NCBI GenBank assembly: GCA_009886115.1 | Contig: VFJJ01000075.1 | Coordinates: 1 to 53,068 of the forward strand | Length of the DNA: 53,068 nucleotides | From: Actinomycetota bacterium | GTDB lineage: Bacteria > Actinomycetota > Acidimicrobiia > IMCC26256 > VFJJ01 | Direction: 5' to 3' | In this document: positions 29,233 to 38,699 of the stretch, piece after piece | Numbering within the stretch: position 1 is the stretch's first letter | How the letters are laid out: every line of letters begins with the position of its first letter | Notes under the pieces: model-generated | Databases searched by the model: none | What the model saw: the letters and a program-made list of their open reading frames with translations, nothing else | Told to the model about the DNA's origin: nothing | Translations under genes and position numbers: made by a program

Positions 29233-30174
29233 ATGGACTACAGGAACCTCGGAACGTCTGGGCTCAAGGTGTCGGTGGCCGGGCTCGGCTGCAACAACTT
29301 CGGGATGCGCATCGACGCCGACCTCACCAAGGGCGTCGTCAAGGCGGCGCTCGACGCCGGCATCACGCTGTTCGACACGGCCGACATCTATGGCGGCGGC
29401 CGCTCGGAGGAGTTCCTCGGCGCGGCCCTGGCCGGGCACCGCAGCGATGTGGTGTTGGCCACGAAGTTCGGCATGCCCATGGGCAAGGAGTGGTTCCAGC
29501 AGGGCGGTTCGCGCCGGCGGGCCATCAAGGCGTGTGAAGACAGCCTGCGCCGGCTGAACACCGATCACATCGACCTCTACCAGTTCCACCAGCCCGACCC
29601 GTCGACGCCGATCGAGGAAACGCTTGGTGCGATGGACGATCTGGTCCGCCAGGGCAAGGTGCGGTACCTCGGCTCGTCGAACCTGGCCGGATGGCAGGTC
29701 GCCGAGGCCGAGCACGTCGCCCGCACCTCGGGCGGTTTGCGGTTCGTGTCGGCGCAGAACGAGTGGTCGCTCCTGAGCCGCGACGTTGAGCGCGAGGTGA
29801 TCCCGGCGTGCGAGCACTACGGCATCGGCATGCTGCCGTACTTCCCGCTCGCCTCGGGTCTGCTCACCGGCAAGTACCGGCGGGGCGAAGACTTCCCGCT
29901 GGGCTCGCGTCTGGCCGCGTCGCCCTATTTCTCGGCCTTCGCCACCGACGAGAAGTTCATCCAGGTCGAGCGGCTGACCGCCGTCGCCGAGGAACGTGGT
30001 CACACCCTGCTCGAGCTGGCCATGTCGTGGATGGCGTCGCAGCCGTCGGTGCCCTCGGTGATCGCCGGCGCCACCTCGGCCGAGCAGGTGACGGCCAACG
30101 TGGCTGCGCTCGGATGGTTGATGAGCGCCGACGATCTGGCTGCGGTCGAGACCGCCCTCGCCCCACCGAGCTGA
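29233..30174 (+). CDS. Aldo/keto reductase
   Basis: GLGCNNFG, DTADIYG, ATKFG, DLYQFH, YFPLASGLLTGKY. Confidence 0.92.
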   Translation: MDYRNLGTSGLKVSVAGLGCNNFGMRIDADLTKGVVKAALDAGITLFDTADIYGGGRSEEFLGAALAGHRSDVVLATKFGMPMGKEWFQQGGSRRRAIKACEDSLRRLNTDHIDLYQFHQPDPSTPIEETLGAMDDLVRQGKVRYLGSSNLAGWQVAEAEHVARTSGGLRFVSAQNEWSLLSRDVEREVIPACEHYGIGMLPYFPLASGLLTGKYRRGEDFPLGSRLAASPYFSAFATDEKFIQVERLTAVAEERGHTLLELAMSWMASQPSVPSVIAGATSAEQVTANVAALGWLMSADDLAAVETALAPPS

Positions 30175-30189
30175 GCGCCCCTCATCTCT

Positions 30190-30279
30190 CCACCCCCGCG
30201 CTCCCCGGCGGGGTTCTGTGTGCAGAAAACGTCGCCTGGCGACGAATTCTGCACACAGATGGTGGGGTTGCGGGGGTGG
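30190..30279. repeat. Nested inverted repeat (REP/MITE-like long hairpin)
   Basis: CCACCCCCGC / GCGGGGGTGG outer arms; TCTGTGTGCAGAA / TTCTGCACACAGA middle arms; CGTCGCC-t-GGCGACG core. Confidence 0.8.
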
Positions 30280-30298
30280 CAGGCCTCGAGGGGGAATC

Positions 30299-31687
30299 GT
30301 GGGACGTAACAGCAAGAAGCGCAGGGACGACAAGCAGCGCGCGCGCGAGCGCGACCGGCGTGAACGGGCGGCGGCCGGTCCGGCCCCGGCTCCGGTTGAG
30401 CGCCCCCCGGCTGAGCGCCCCCCGGTTGAGCGCCCCCCGGCTGAGCGCCCCCCGACTGGAGACAGGGGAGACAGGGGAGACAGGGGAGACAGGGGAGACA
30501 GCGGAGACAGCGGCGCAGCACGGGCCGGCGGCCCTCGCGGGTCCGACGAGGCGGCGTCGGTCGACGAGGGCCTGGGGACGCTGGGCCGGGAGCTCGAGGC
30601 CGCGGTGTCGAGCGCTTGGAGACGGGGCTGGCAGCCGACCGATCTGGCTCGGATCGTGCGCCAGGAGCTCGGGGTCAAGAGCGGCCGGCTGGCCGTCGAC
30701 CTCATCGCGGCCGAGCGGGCCCGGACGGTCCAGACGCCGGTCGATCCGCGCTGGGAGGCTCAGCTCGAGGCCATCGAGTGCCGGGTCTGGTGGCCTCAGG
30801 ACGATGTCGCCTTCCTGGTCCACTGGGTTCGGCGGCACGGGCTCGACGCCGTTGAGGCCGTCGAGGCGGCGGTGCCGGTTCTGCTCCTGTTGGGCCGGCT
30901 TCCACTGCTGCCCATCCTCATCCCGCCGCCGGGCAGTCCGGTCCGGCACCGTTCGACGGGCGCCGACCGACGGGGCATCGATCCCAAGCTCCTGTCGCGT
31001 GTACAGGCCCTGTTGGCGAAGGCCGAGTCGACCGAGTTCCCCGAGGAGGCCGAGTCGTTCACGGCCAAGGCCCAGGAGCTGATGGCCCGCCACGCCATCG
31101 ACGAGGCCATGCTCGACGGGATCGCTGGTGGTCGCTCGGCCGACGAACCCGAGGGGCGGCGGTTCGGGGTTGAAGATCCCTACGCCATGCCCAAGGGGCG
31201 TCTGCTCAGCGAGATCTCGGGCGCGAACCGATGTCGGGCCGTGCTCTCGCTCGAGCTCGGCTTCGGCACGGTGTTCGGCTACCCCGTCGACCTCGATCAC
31301 GTCGAGATGCTCTATGCGTCGCTGTTGGTCCAGTCGAGTGCGGCGCTGGCGGCCGCCGGGTCGGGCGAGCGCTCGGGCGCCCGGGCCCGCAGTCGAGCTT
31401 TCCGGCAGTCGTTCCTGCTCGGCTTCGCCTTCCGGATCGGCGAACGGCTCCAGGCCGCGGTCGAGCACGCCACCGAGGAGGCCAACGTGGCGCACGGCGC
31501 AGGGATGCTCCCCGTCCTCGCCGGGCGTCGAGTGGCCGTCGACGAGCTGCGCATCAAGACGTTCCCGTCCACCCGTCAGCTCGGCTCGGTGAACGTCAAC
31601 GACGGCGCCGGCTGGCACGCGGGGCGAGCCGCAGCCGACCAGGCCTCGCTGGGAGCGGCCCGCCAGCGGCTGCCGACGCCGGGTTGA
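30299..31687 (+). CDS. DUF2786 domain protein
   Basis: LSRVQALLAKAESTEFPEEAESFTAKAQELMARHAID; FRQSFLLGFAFRIGERL; GTG start after a GAGGGGG RBS. Confidence 0.88.
   Translation: MGRNSKKRRDDKQRARERDRRERAAAGPAPAPVERPPAERPPVERPPAERPPTGDRGDRGDRGDRGDSGDSGAARAGGPRGSDEAASVDEGLGTLGRELEAAVSSAWRRGWQPTDLARIVRQELGVKSGRLAVDLIAAERARTVQTPVDPRWEAQLEAIECRVWWPQDDVAFLVHWVRRHGLDAVEAVEAAVPVLLLLGRLPLLPILIPPPGSPVRHRSTGADRRGIDPKLLSRVQALLAKAESTEFPEEAESFTAKAQELMARHAIDEAMLDGIAGGRSADEPEGRRFGVEDPYAMPKGRLLSEISGANRCRAVLSLELGFGTVFGYPVDLDHVEMLYASLLVQSSAALAAAGSGERSGARARSRAFRQSFLLGFAFRIGERLQAAVEHATEEANVAHGAGMLPVLAGRRVAVDELRIKTFPSTRQLGSVNVNDGAGWHAGRAAADQASLGAARQRLPTPG
30392..30511 (+). repeat. In-frame 15-bp x4 and 9-bp x6 tandem repeats in the DUF2786 N-terminus
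   Basis: Encode (V/A)ERPP x4 and GDR x4 plus GDS x2. Confidence 0.9.
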
Positions 31688-31714
31688 CGGCGCTCCGCGC
31701 CGGGTTGACGGCGC

Positions 31715-32656
31715 TCAGCCGAGATCGACGGCCGCGACGACATCGGCCAGGGCGCCGATCTGCTCGCGGGCCTGTTCGGGCTCAAGGCCGACCATGTGCA
31801 CACGCACGTTGAGCACGTCGCAGCCCGTCGTCCGGCAGAAACCGCTCAACCGTTCGGCGATGTCGCCGGGGTCGGCCGAGGTCACGAGCTCGTCGGCGCC
31901 CCATCGCGACACAGCCGAGCTGGCGGCGTACGAGCGGTAGAGCGCCATCTGATCGGCAACCCGCGCTCCGGGCGGCTCGCCCACCCAGACCCGTCGCACC
32001 ACGATGCGCGGGCCGGCCCCTCCAGCGCCCCGGTAGGCGTCGACGAGTCGACGGGTGCGGTCGCTGCCGGCCATCGAGTCGAGGATGATCCCGCAGCCCA
32101 GCGAGGCAGCGCGCCGAGCGGCGGCGGGTGACGCCGCGGCTGAGATCACGGGGACGGGCGCCGACGCACACCGCGCGATGGCCCGGTCTCCGGCCAACGG
32201 TCCCGGCGCGATTCCCCGTCCGAGCGCGTCGGCGAGCAGGGCGAGCGCGGCAGCGAAGCGGGGCCCGATCCGGCCCTCGTCGAACGGCACACCGGCAAGC
32301 TCGAAGTCGAGGGGCAATGCGCCAGCTGCGAAGCCGACACCGACGCGCCCGGTGTGACGGGCCGCGAGCCAGGCGACTTCTTCAGCCACGATCGCCGTTG
32401 GGCGCAGCAGAGGCAGCAGCGGACAGGCCGCCACCCACACCGTCGAGGTCACCTCGAGCATCCAGCCGGCCATCTGGAGCGGGTTTGGGAGATACCCGGG
32501 GAAGCCGCCGTGATGCTCGCTCACCATGATCCCGTCGAACCCGACGGCCTCGGCGCAGCGGGCCTGTTCGAGCATCTCCTCGAGGAGCTCGGCGGCCGGG
32601 AGATCGTGCGGGTACAGGCGCAGGGACACCGAGCCGGCTGCGAAGGGATCGCTCAT
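31715..32656 (-). CDS. LLM-class flavin-dependent oxidoreductase
   Basis: AEAVGFDGIMVSEHHG, YLPNP, VAEEVAWL. Confidence 0.85.
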   Translation of the reverse strand: MSDPFAAGSVSLRLYPHDLPAAELLEEMLEQARCAEAVGFDGIMVSEHHGGFPGYLPNPLQMAGWMLEVTSTVWVAACPLLPLLRPTAIVAEEVAWLAARHTGRVGVGFAAGALPLDFELAGVPFDEGRIGPRFAAALALLADALGRGIAPGPLAGDRAIARCASAPVPVISAAASPAAARRAASLGCGIILDSMAGSDRTRRLVDAYRGAGGAGPRIVVRRVWVGEPPGARVADQMALYRSYAASSAVSRWGADELVTSADPGDIAERLSGFCRTTGCDVLNVRVHMVGLEPEQAREQIGALADVVAAVDLG

Positions 32657-32753
32657 CGAGGCGAGCCTACGGACCTCGGCGGCGGTCGGCCTCCCGAGGT
32701 CCGCCGGGCCCCCAGAGATGGGGTGACGGGCGACCCCGTGGGCTGGGCGTGGG

Positions 32754-32936
32754 CTACGCGGCCTCGACGACGACGCTGCGGACCCGGGTGAGGGGCACGA
32801 TCATGTCGGTGTCGTTGTCGCCGACCAGCCACACGCTGGTCGTGCTGCACGACAGCAGCGTGCCGTGGAATGTTCGAGCGTCGGTGACGAGGTCGACCGT
32901 CCGGCCGATCGAGCGTCGCAGCGTGGTGATGGCCAT
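32754..32936 (-). CDS. 60-aa small protein, predicted Sm-like beta-barrel
   Basis: Strong RBS AGGAGG; MAITTLRRSIGRTVDLVTDARTFHGTLLSCSTTSVWLVGDNDTDMIVPLTRVRSVVVEAA; TANNNT -10 box upstream. Confidence 0.7.
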   Translation of the reverse strand: MAITTLRRSIGRTVDLVTDARTFHGTLLSCSTTSVWLVGDNDTDMIVPLTRVRSVVVEAA

Positions 32937-33006
32937 GGCCTTCCTCCTGCTCTCTCGGAGCGTGTGCTCCGATCGGGTGAGCGTTTCACCCGATGAGATG
33001 AAGGTA
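32937..33006 (-). promoter_or_regulatory. -10 box (TACCTT) and 58-nt leader with two abutting hairpins
   Basis: -10 at 33001-33006; stems ATCGGGTGA/TCACCCGAT (32972-32994) and TCGGAGC/GCTCCGA (32955-32972). Confidence 0.55.
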
Positions 33007-33186
33007 CGCCCAACTTTGGTTCCCGAGATCGGGGACGAGCCCCTGCTCGCAGCCCCGCGTTGGGGGGACGACGGGGGAGATCGCCCCGGCAAGCGTGGGG
33101 GATCGAAGCCCACTCCCCAGGCGAGCACCTGTCGCTCAGACGCCTCTCTTGCCCTTGAGCGACAGGTGTTGGCCGGGCAGGCCGGC

Positions 33187-34428
33187 TCAGGTCCCCGCTC
33201 GGAGGGCGTCGACCGGCTCCATGCGGGCGGCCCGCAGCGACGGGTACAGGCCCGCGACGAGGCCGACGATGGCCCCCACGAACGGTGATGCGAACGGGAC
33301 CCAGGCGTCGAGGACCGGGGTCCAGTCGCGCGACGCCGAGACGGCGACCACGATGAGGGTGCCGGCCGAGGCCCCGATGATGCCCCCGGCGAGGCCCATC
33401 GCCGTCGACTCCACGAGAAACTGGAGCGCGATGTGTCGACGGGCCGCGCCGAGCGCTCGCCGGAGACCGATCTCACCGGTGCGTTCGAGCACCGTCACGA
33501 GCGTCACGTTGGCGATGCCGATCGCCCCCACCACGAGCGACACCAGCCCGAGGACGAGGAACAGCGAGTTCACGTCGCCTTCCACCTTGCGGCGGGTGGT
33601 TCGGGGATCGGGTGGCGCGCCGACCCGCAGGGCCTCGGGGTTGTTGGGATTGAGCGCCACCGCCGCCTGCGAGGCGATGAGCTGGGCCGCGCCGATCTCG
33701 GTCTCGATGACGACCTTCGACGGCGCCAGGTCGCCGTAGCGCTCCTGCGCGGTCCCCGACGGCATGATGACAGCGTTCAGGAGATCGGCTTCGCGCCTGA
33801 CGTCGGCGAGGATCCCGATGACGGTGAAGATGTCGTCGCCGATGTAGATGGCCGGCTGGTTGTCGACCCGGGTCACGTTGAGCCGTCGGGCGGCTCCTGC
33901 TCCGAGGACGACGGTCCGGTCGGCTCGATCGCTGTGGCCCTCGTCGAACCACCGCCCCGTCGCCAGGATGCCGCGCAGCGCCGGCAACAGGCCCGGGGTC
34001 GCGGCGACCGTCCGCATCTGGAACTCGGTCTGTCCGAGCGGATCGTGGATGGGCGTCGAGCGCACCAGCGCCTGGCCGACGTTCGCATCGGCGAGAGCGC
34101 CCGCGGCCACGACCCCGTTGAGGCGCAGGAGGCGGTCCTCGACGTTCCAGGGCAGCACCGCACCTTGGCGTTGCTGCTCCTCGCTCGGACCGCCGCCGAA
34201 GAGGCCGTTCGACGCCGGCTCCACGCTCACCTGGGTGGCGGCCAGCTCGTCGAAACGACCCACGATCCGGTTCCCCGCCGTCTTGGAGACCCCGAGGGTG
34301 GCGACGAGCGCACCGATGCCGAGGACGGTGCCGAGCACCGTGAGCGCCGTGCGGACGGGTCGGGTGAACAACCCGGCGATGGCTTCACTGGCCAGGTCGC
34401 GCCACGTGAGTCGGGGACCGATGGTCAT
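33187..34428 (-). CDS. ABC transporter permease, MacB/FtsX family
   Basis: RTALTVLGTVLGI, GRWFD, VGAIGIANVTLVTVLERTGEIGLRRALGA; ATGA overlap with the ATPase gene. Confidence 0.92.
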   Translation of the reverse strand: MTIGPRLTWRDLASEAIAGLFTRPVRTALTVLGTVLGIGALVATLGVSKTAGNRIVGRFDELAATQVSVEPASNGLFGGGPSEEQQRQGAVLPWNVEDRLLRLNGVVAAGALADANVGQALVRSTPIHDPLGQTEFQMRTVAATPGLLPALRGILATGRWFDEGHSDRADRTVVLGAGAARRLNVTRVDNQPAIYIGDDIFTVIGILADVRREADLLNAVIMPSGTAQERYGDLAPSKVVIETEIGAAQLIASQAAVALNPNNPEALRVGAPPDPRTTRRKVEGDVNSLFLVLGLVSLVVGAIGIANVTLVTVLERTGEIGLRRALGAARRHIALQFLVESTAMGLAGGIIGASAGTLIVVAVSASRDWTPVLDAWVPFASPFVGAIVGLVAGLYPSLRAARMEPVDALRAGT

Positions 34429-35195
34429 CGAGGGCTCGTGACGTCGGGGCCGCTCGACCGGGAGAGCGCCGTGACCGCAGTGAGGTCGTCCTCGGTGAGG
34501 ATGCCGTCGACGATCCGCACCCGCCGCTGGGCCCGGCGGCTCACCGCTTCGTCGTGGGTGATCACGATGATCGTGAGCCCGTCGGCGCGCAAGCCGTCGA
34601 ACAGGTCGAGGAGCGCTTCGGTGTTCTTGGAGTCGAGGTTGCCCGTGGGCTCGTCGCACAGCAGCAGGCTGGGTGAAGCCACGAGCGCCCGGGCCATCGC
34701 CACGCGTTGGCGCTCGCCACCCGAGAGCTTGGTCGGCTTGAAACCCAGCCGGGAGTCGAGGCCGACCTTGTGCAACGCGGCCTCGGCCCGTTCTCGACGC
34801 CCCTTGCGATCGCCGCGCCGGTACAGCTCGGCCAGCATCACGTTCTCCTCGACCGTCCGGTGCGCGAGCAGGTGGAAGGTCTGGAACACGAACCCGATCT
34901 TCTGCCCCCGCAATGCGGCGCGCTGGCCGTCCTTGAGGGTCGCCACGTCGATGCCGTCGAGCAGGAACTGCCCGCTCGTGTGCCGGTCGAGGCAGCCGAC
35001 GATGTTCAACAGCGTTGATTTCCCGGACCCCGAGGGGCCGACGACCGACACGTAGTCGCCGGGATCGACGATGAGGTTCACGCCCTCGAGCGCCACGACG
35101 GGGGGCTCGCTGGCGAAGACCTTGCCGACATCCCGGAGCTCGACGACGGGGACGATCGGGTTCACGGCAACGGTGCTCGGCGTGTCGAGCCTCAT
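34425..35195 (-). CDS. ABC transporter ATP-binding protein (LolD/MacB-type)
   Basis: GPSGSGKST, LSGGERQR, LCDEPTGNLD, ITHD. Confidence 0.95.
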   Translation of the reverse strand: MRLDTPSTVAVNPIVPVVELRDVGKVFASEPPVVALEGVNLIVDPGDYVSVVGPSGSGKSTLLNIVGCLDRHTSGQFLLDGIDVATLKDGQRAALRGQKIGFVFQTFHLLAHRTVEENVMLAELYRRGDRKGRRERAEAALHKVGLDSRLGFKPTKLSGGERQRVAMARALVASPSLLLCDEPTGNLDSKNTEALLDLFDGLRADGLTIIVITHDEAVSRRAQRRVRIVDGILTEDDLTAVTALSRSSGPDVTSPR

Positions 35196-37096
35196 CCTTG
35201 CCCCGCAACGCTGGCCTCGGTGGTGCCGTTGCTCGAATCTGTCTCGGCGCCGTCACGGGCGCCCACACCCACGACCACCCGGTCGCCCTCGGCGATGGCG
35301 GCGCCTTCGAGCGCCGTGATCTGCACGTAGCCCTGCGCTGCGAGTCCGGGTTCGACCTTCACCAGGCGGGTCGTCCCGTCGGGCAGCTCGATCTCGACCC
35401 GGCTGGAGCCGTCGGCCGATGCCGAGACCGCAGCGAGCGGGACGGCGAGCACCGCCTCGTCGCCCGTCGAGCGGACCGGGATGGTGATCTTCACCGGAGC
35501 CCCGTTGAGCTGCTGGGCCAGCTCGGAATCGTCGGGGGTGATCTCGACGTAGACGTGCTGGGCGTCGAGGCCTTTGGTGCCGGGCCTGGAGTCGATGAAC
35601 GAGATGGTCCCACCGAGCACGATGCCGAAGTCGGTCGACTCGACCTCGACGACGTCGTCCTCGGCGATGAGGTCGCGGTCGGCGACCTGGACCGAAGCGT
35701 CGACGGCGAGCCGTGAACCGGTGACCGTCATGATCTCGCCGCTCACGGCATCGCCCCTTCGGACCTTGACCGAGTCGATGCGGACGGGAAGCGTGGGCAG
35801 GAACAGCACCTCGCCCGCGGGCAGGCTCACGCCGACCGTCACCGAGTACTCGGCGAGGTCCTGCTCGGCCTGGTCGCGAGCCCGACTGGCTGTGGCCACT
35901 CCCTCTCGCACCGCTGTCAGATCGCGGGGAGCGTCGAGCTGTTCGAGACTCAGCTCGGCCAGACGCAGTGCATCCTGGGCCGAGCGCACCGAAGCGGCGC
36001 TGGTCTCGGGCTGCCTGGTCTGCGCCGTCTGCGCGTCACGAAGCGCTTGCTCGGCGCCGGTCAGCGTCGAGGTCGCCTCGTTGTGCGCGACGACGGCCTG
36101 CGCCGCCTCGGCGGCTGCCGTCGACGCCGCTTGGCTCAGCGAGGCGATCCCCTGGGCGGTCCACGGATTCCCGGTTTCCGGGTTGGGCGTGTTCGCAGCT
36201 TGCTGGGCCTGGGCCGAGGCCAGGGCGTCGGCGGCAGCCGTTCTGGCCGCGGCCGAGCTGTCACGGGCGCCGGTGGCTGCGGTGAGCGCGGTTCTGGCGG
36301 CATCTCGGGCCTGGGTACGGGAGGTGACGTCAGCCGCGGACTGCCTGAGCGCGTCGTCGGCGCGGCGTGTCGCTTCGGTGAGCGCGTCCTGGGCCGAGCG
36401 CACCCCCACCTCGGCCTGGAGGCGCTCCGACTCGGTCGGCGGCTTGTTGGCGTCGCTCAGGGCCTTGTTGGCCTGGGTGAGACCTTGCTGGGCTGCGGTC
36501 ACGGCCGAACGCAACGAGCGGAGCTGTGTCTGCTGGTCGGTGGTGAGGCCCTGGGCCGCGTAGCCCTTCGACTCGTACCACGCGGCCACCGCGGCCTGGG
36601 CGGCGGCGTCGTAGATGCCATCGACCGGGCCGGGGTCGAAGCCGAACCGAACCAGCGCGTCCTCGACCTGCTTCACGTCGTCACCGGTCGCCCCGGGCGT
36701 GATCGGACGGTACATCGGCTGGTCGCCCTGCACGGCGAACACGGGACGGCCCGATACCTCGAGCACGGTCGAGTTGTCGTCGATCGTGTCGCCCTGCTCG
36801 GGTGCGACCGTCACCGTCGCCGAGCCGGCGCCGGCACCGCCCGACGAGGTTCCCGTGCCCACCGAGCCGGCCAGCGCAACGGGGGTCGGCTCGTCGTAGC
36901 GGACGGTGCCTCGCACGATGAGGTTCGACGAGAGCGTGCGCTCCTCGACGGGGACGGTGATGCGTGAGGCCGGCGGGGCGTCGGCCTCGGCGGCAGCGTC
37001 GGCCGATGACTTCACGTTCCGGCCGAGCGCCCACCCTCCGGCTGCGGCGCCCACCACCGCGGCCAGGGTCACCGCCACCACTGCATTGCGACGCAT
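35192..37096 (-). CDS. Membrane-fusion/adaptor protein with peptidoglycan-binding domain
   Basis: N-terminal transmembrane segment, GATGDDVKQVEDALVRFGFDPGPVDGIY PG-binding motif, long coiled coil, AVPLAAV...GDRVVVG. Confidence 0.85.
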   Translation of the reverse strand: MRRNAVVAVTLAAVVGAAAGGWALGRNVKSSADAAAEADAPPASRITVPVEERTLSSNLIVRGTVRYDEPTPVALAGSVGTGTSSGGAGAGSATVTVAPEQGDTIDDNSTVLEVSGRPVFAVQGDQPMYRPITPGATGDDVKQVEDALVRFGFDPGPVDGIYDAAAQAAVAAWYESKGYAAQGLTTDQQTQLRSLRSAVTAAQQGLTQANKALSDANKPPTESERLQAEVGVRSAQDALTEATRRADDALRQSAADVTSRTQARDAARTALTAATGARDSSAAARTAAADALASAQAQQAANTPNPETGNPWTAQGIASLSQAASTAAAEAAQAVVAHNEATSTLTGAEQALRDAQTAQTRQPETSAASVRSAQDALRLAELSLEQLDAPRDLTAVREGVATASRARDQAEQDLAEYSVTVGVSLPAGEVLFLPTLPVRIDSVKVRRGDAVSGEIMTVTGSRLAVDASVQVADRDLIAEDDVVEVESTDFGIVLGGTISFIDSRPGTKGLDAQHVYVEITPDDSELAQQLNGAPVKITIPVRSTGDEAVLAVPLAAVSASADGSSRVEIELPDGTTRLVKVEPGLAAQGYVQITALEGAAIAEGDRVVVGVGARDGAETDSSNGTTEASVAGQG

Positions 37097-37155
37097 CGGA
37101 TCACTGCTCCTGATCTCTGGTCTGGGACGGGGAGCTCGCCGGGGAGCCCGCCGGG

Positions 37156-37455
37156 TCAGCCTTCGGCCTGGTTGGCGAGCTCGGGATGAGAGTCGAGGAA
37201 GCGCTGCTCGTACTCGGGACGAACCTCCTCGAGCACGGGGCCGGTCGTTTCGGCCGAGCACTCAGCGTCGGCCTTGCTCAGCGCCAGCTCCTCGGCCCGG
37301 AGCGCATCGAGCGCCGACCGGTCGATGGTGGTGGTCGTCGCGTCGCCTTCGCGGGGGCCACGTCGGTGTCCTCCACGCTTTGGACGATCACCACACCGCC
37401 GCTGGCACCCGGCAGTCCCTCGGTGGCGGCACGACAGGCTGTGGAACGGGTTCAT
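37156..37455 (-). pseudogene. Internally deleted paralog of the upstream lipoprotein
   Basis: C-terminus ELALSKADAEC...EYEQRFLDSHPELANQ mirrors ELELARADLLDC...EYQEQFLIDHPELVLANQ; no lipobox; apparent frameshifted segment. Confidence 0.65.
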
Positions 37456-37595
37456 GAGCGGTCCCCTGACGAAGTGGATCAACGGTGTCGAAACCGTTGT
37501 GCCACAGCAGCTGTCAAGAACCTGTGAGGAGCGCGTGGAGGACCGCTGTGGACCGCCCGGCCTCGACTGATCGAGCGTGATCGGACTGCTCACGT

Positions 37596-38699
37596 TCACT
37601 GGTTGGCCAGGACGAGCTCGGGGTGATCGATCAGGAACTGCTCCTGGTACTCGGCCCTGATGTCACGGGTCGTCTCGTCGAGGTCCTTCCCGCAGTCGAG
37701 GAGGTCGGCCCGGGCCAGCTCCAGCTCACGCTCCTGCAGACGGGCCAGGCCCTCGGGATCCTTGGGCTCCGGGGTCTCGAAGCCGCCCGGCGCGGGTGCC
37801 GCGACGGTCGCCACGGTGACCCCGTCGCCGCCTCCGTCATCGGAGAAGGAGTCGGAGAACCCGTCGGCGATGATCGTTTCCGTGGCGAACCCGTCGCCTC
37901 CCTCGTTCCAGCCCATCACCTCGCTGAGGCGGGTGCTGAGCTCGTTGTAGATGTCCTCGCGCGACTGGAAATCGGGGAAGCCCTTGTCGGCCATGCACTC
38001 GCGCCAGTTCTTCTGGGCGTCGACGATGCGGGAGTCGGCTGCGATGCGGGTCTCGAGCTCCTGAACGGCCGTGCCCAGCTCCTCTTGGAGCTCGAAGTCG
38101 CCGAACACCTCGGCCGAGGCGATTCCCTGACAGCCCTGCGGGGTCGGCGGCTCCTCGGATTCGGGGTCGAAGTCGCTGAAATCGCCGTACAGGTCCTTGT
38201 AGTAGGCCTCCTGGTCAGAGGTCGAGAGGGCCTGCACGTACTCCTGGTTGGGATCGACGAACTCGCTGGCGGGCCCGCCCGAGAAGTCGCCGTACAGCTC
38301 GGTCTCGTGGCCGATCGCCGTCGAGAGGAGGTAGCCCCAGTCTTCAGCCACCTCGTCGGGGCTCAGGGTGTTGATGAGCCCCGAGGTTGGGGCTCCCTGG
38401 AACTGGCCCGAGTAGTCGACGGGCGTGTACTCCCACCCCAGCGCCGTCATGCAGTCGCGGACCATGTCCTCGACCTCCAGCTGCTTGCGCTCCGACGACT
38501 CCTGATTGCCGTAGATCGCCTCGAAGAACGCCTGGTCGGGATAGGTCGTGTCGGTCGCAGTGGCACCGTCACCCTCACCGCCGGCGGTCTCGACGCTGTC
38601 ACCGCCACCACATCCGGCGACGAGCCCGACCGTCGCGGTCAGGGCGACGCCGAGCCGCACGAGGCAAGACCGTCGCCGACTCGAGGAGCTGGGGTACAT
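37596..38699 (-). CDS. Acidic lipoprotein associated with the ABC export locus
   Basis: RBS GGAGG, LVAGC lipobox, VRDCMTALGWEY and WRECMADKGF motifs. Confidence 0.82.
   Translation of the reverse strand: MYPSSSSRRRSCLVRLGVALTATVGLVAGCGGGDSVETAGGEGDGATATDTTYPDQAFFEAIYGNQESSERKQLEVEDMVRDCMTALGWEYTPVDYSGQFQGAPTSGLINTLSPDEVAEDWGYLLSTAIGHETELYGDFSGGPASEFVDPNQEYVQALSTSDQEAYYKDLYGDFSDFDPESEEPPTPQGCQGIASAEVFGDFELQEELGTAVQELETRIAADSRIVDAQKNWRECMADKGFPDFQSREDIYNELSTRLSEVMGWNEGGDGFATETIIADGFSDSFSDDGGGDGVTVATVAAPAPGGFETPEPKDPEGLARLQERELELARADLLDCGKDLDETTRDIRAEYQEQFLIDHPELVLANQ

Noticed and set aside
33187..35268. 693-aa fused ABC permease ORF
   Set aside because: The upstream part overlaps the ATPase in another frame; the permease starts at 34428 with an ATGA overlap
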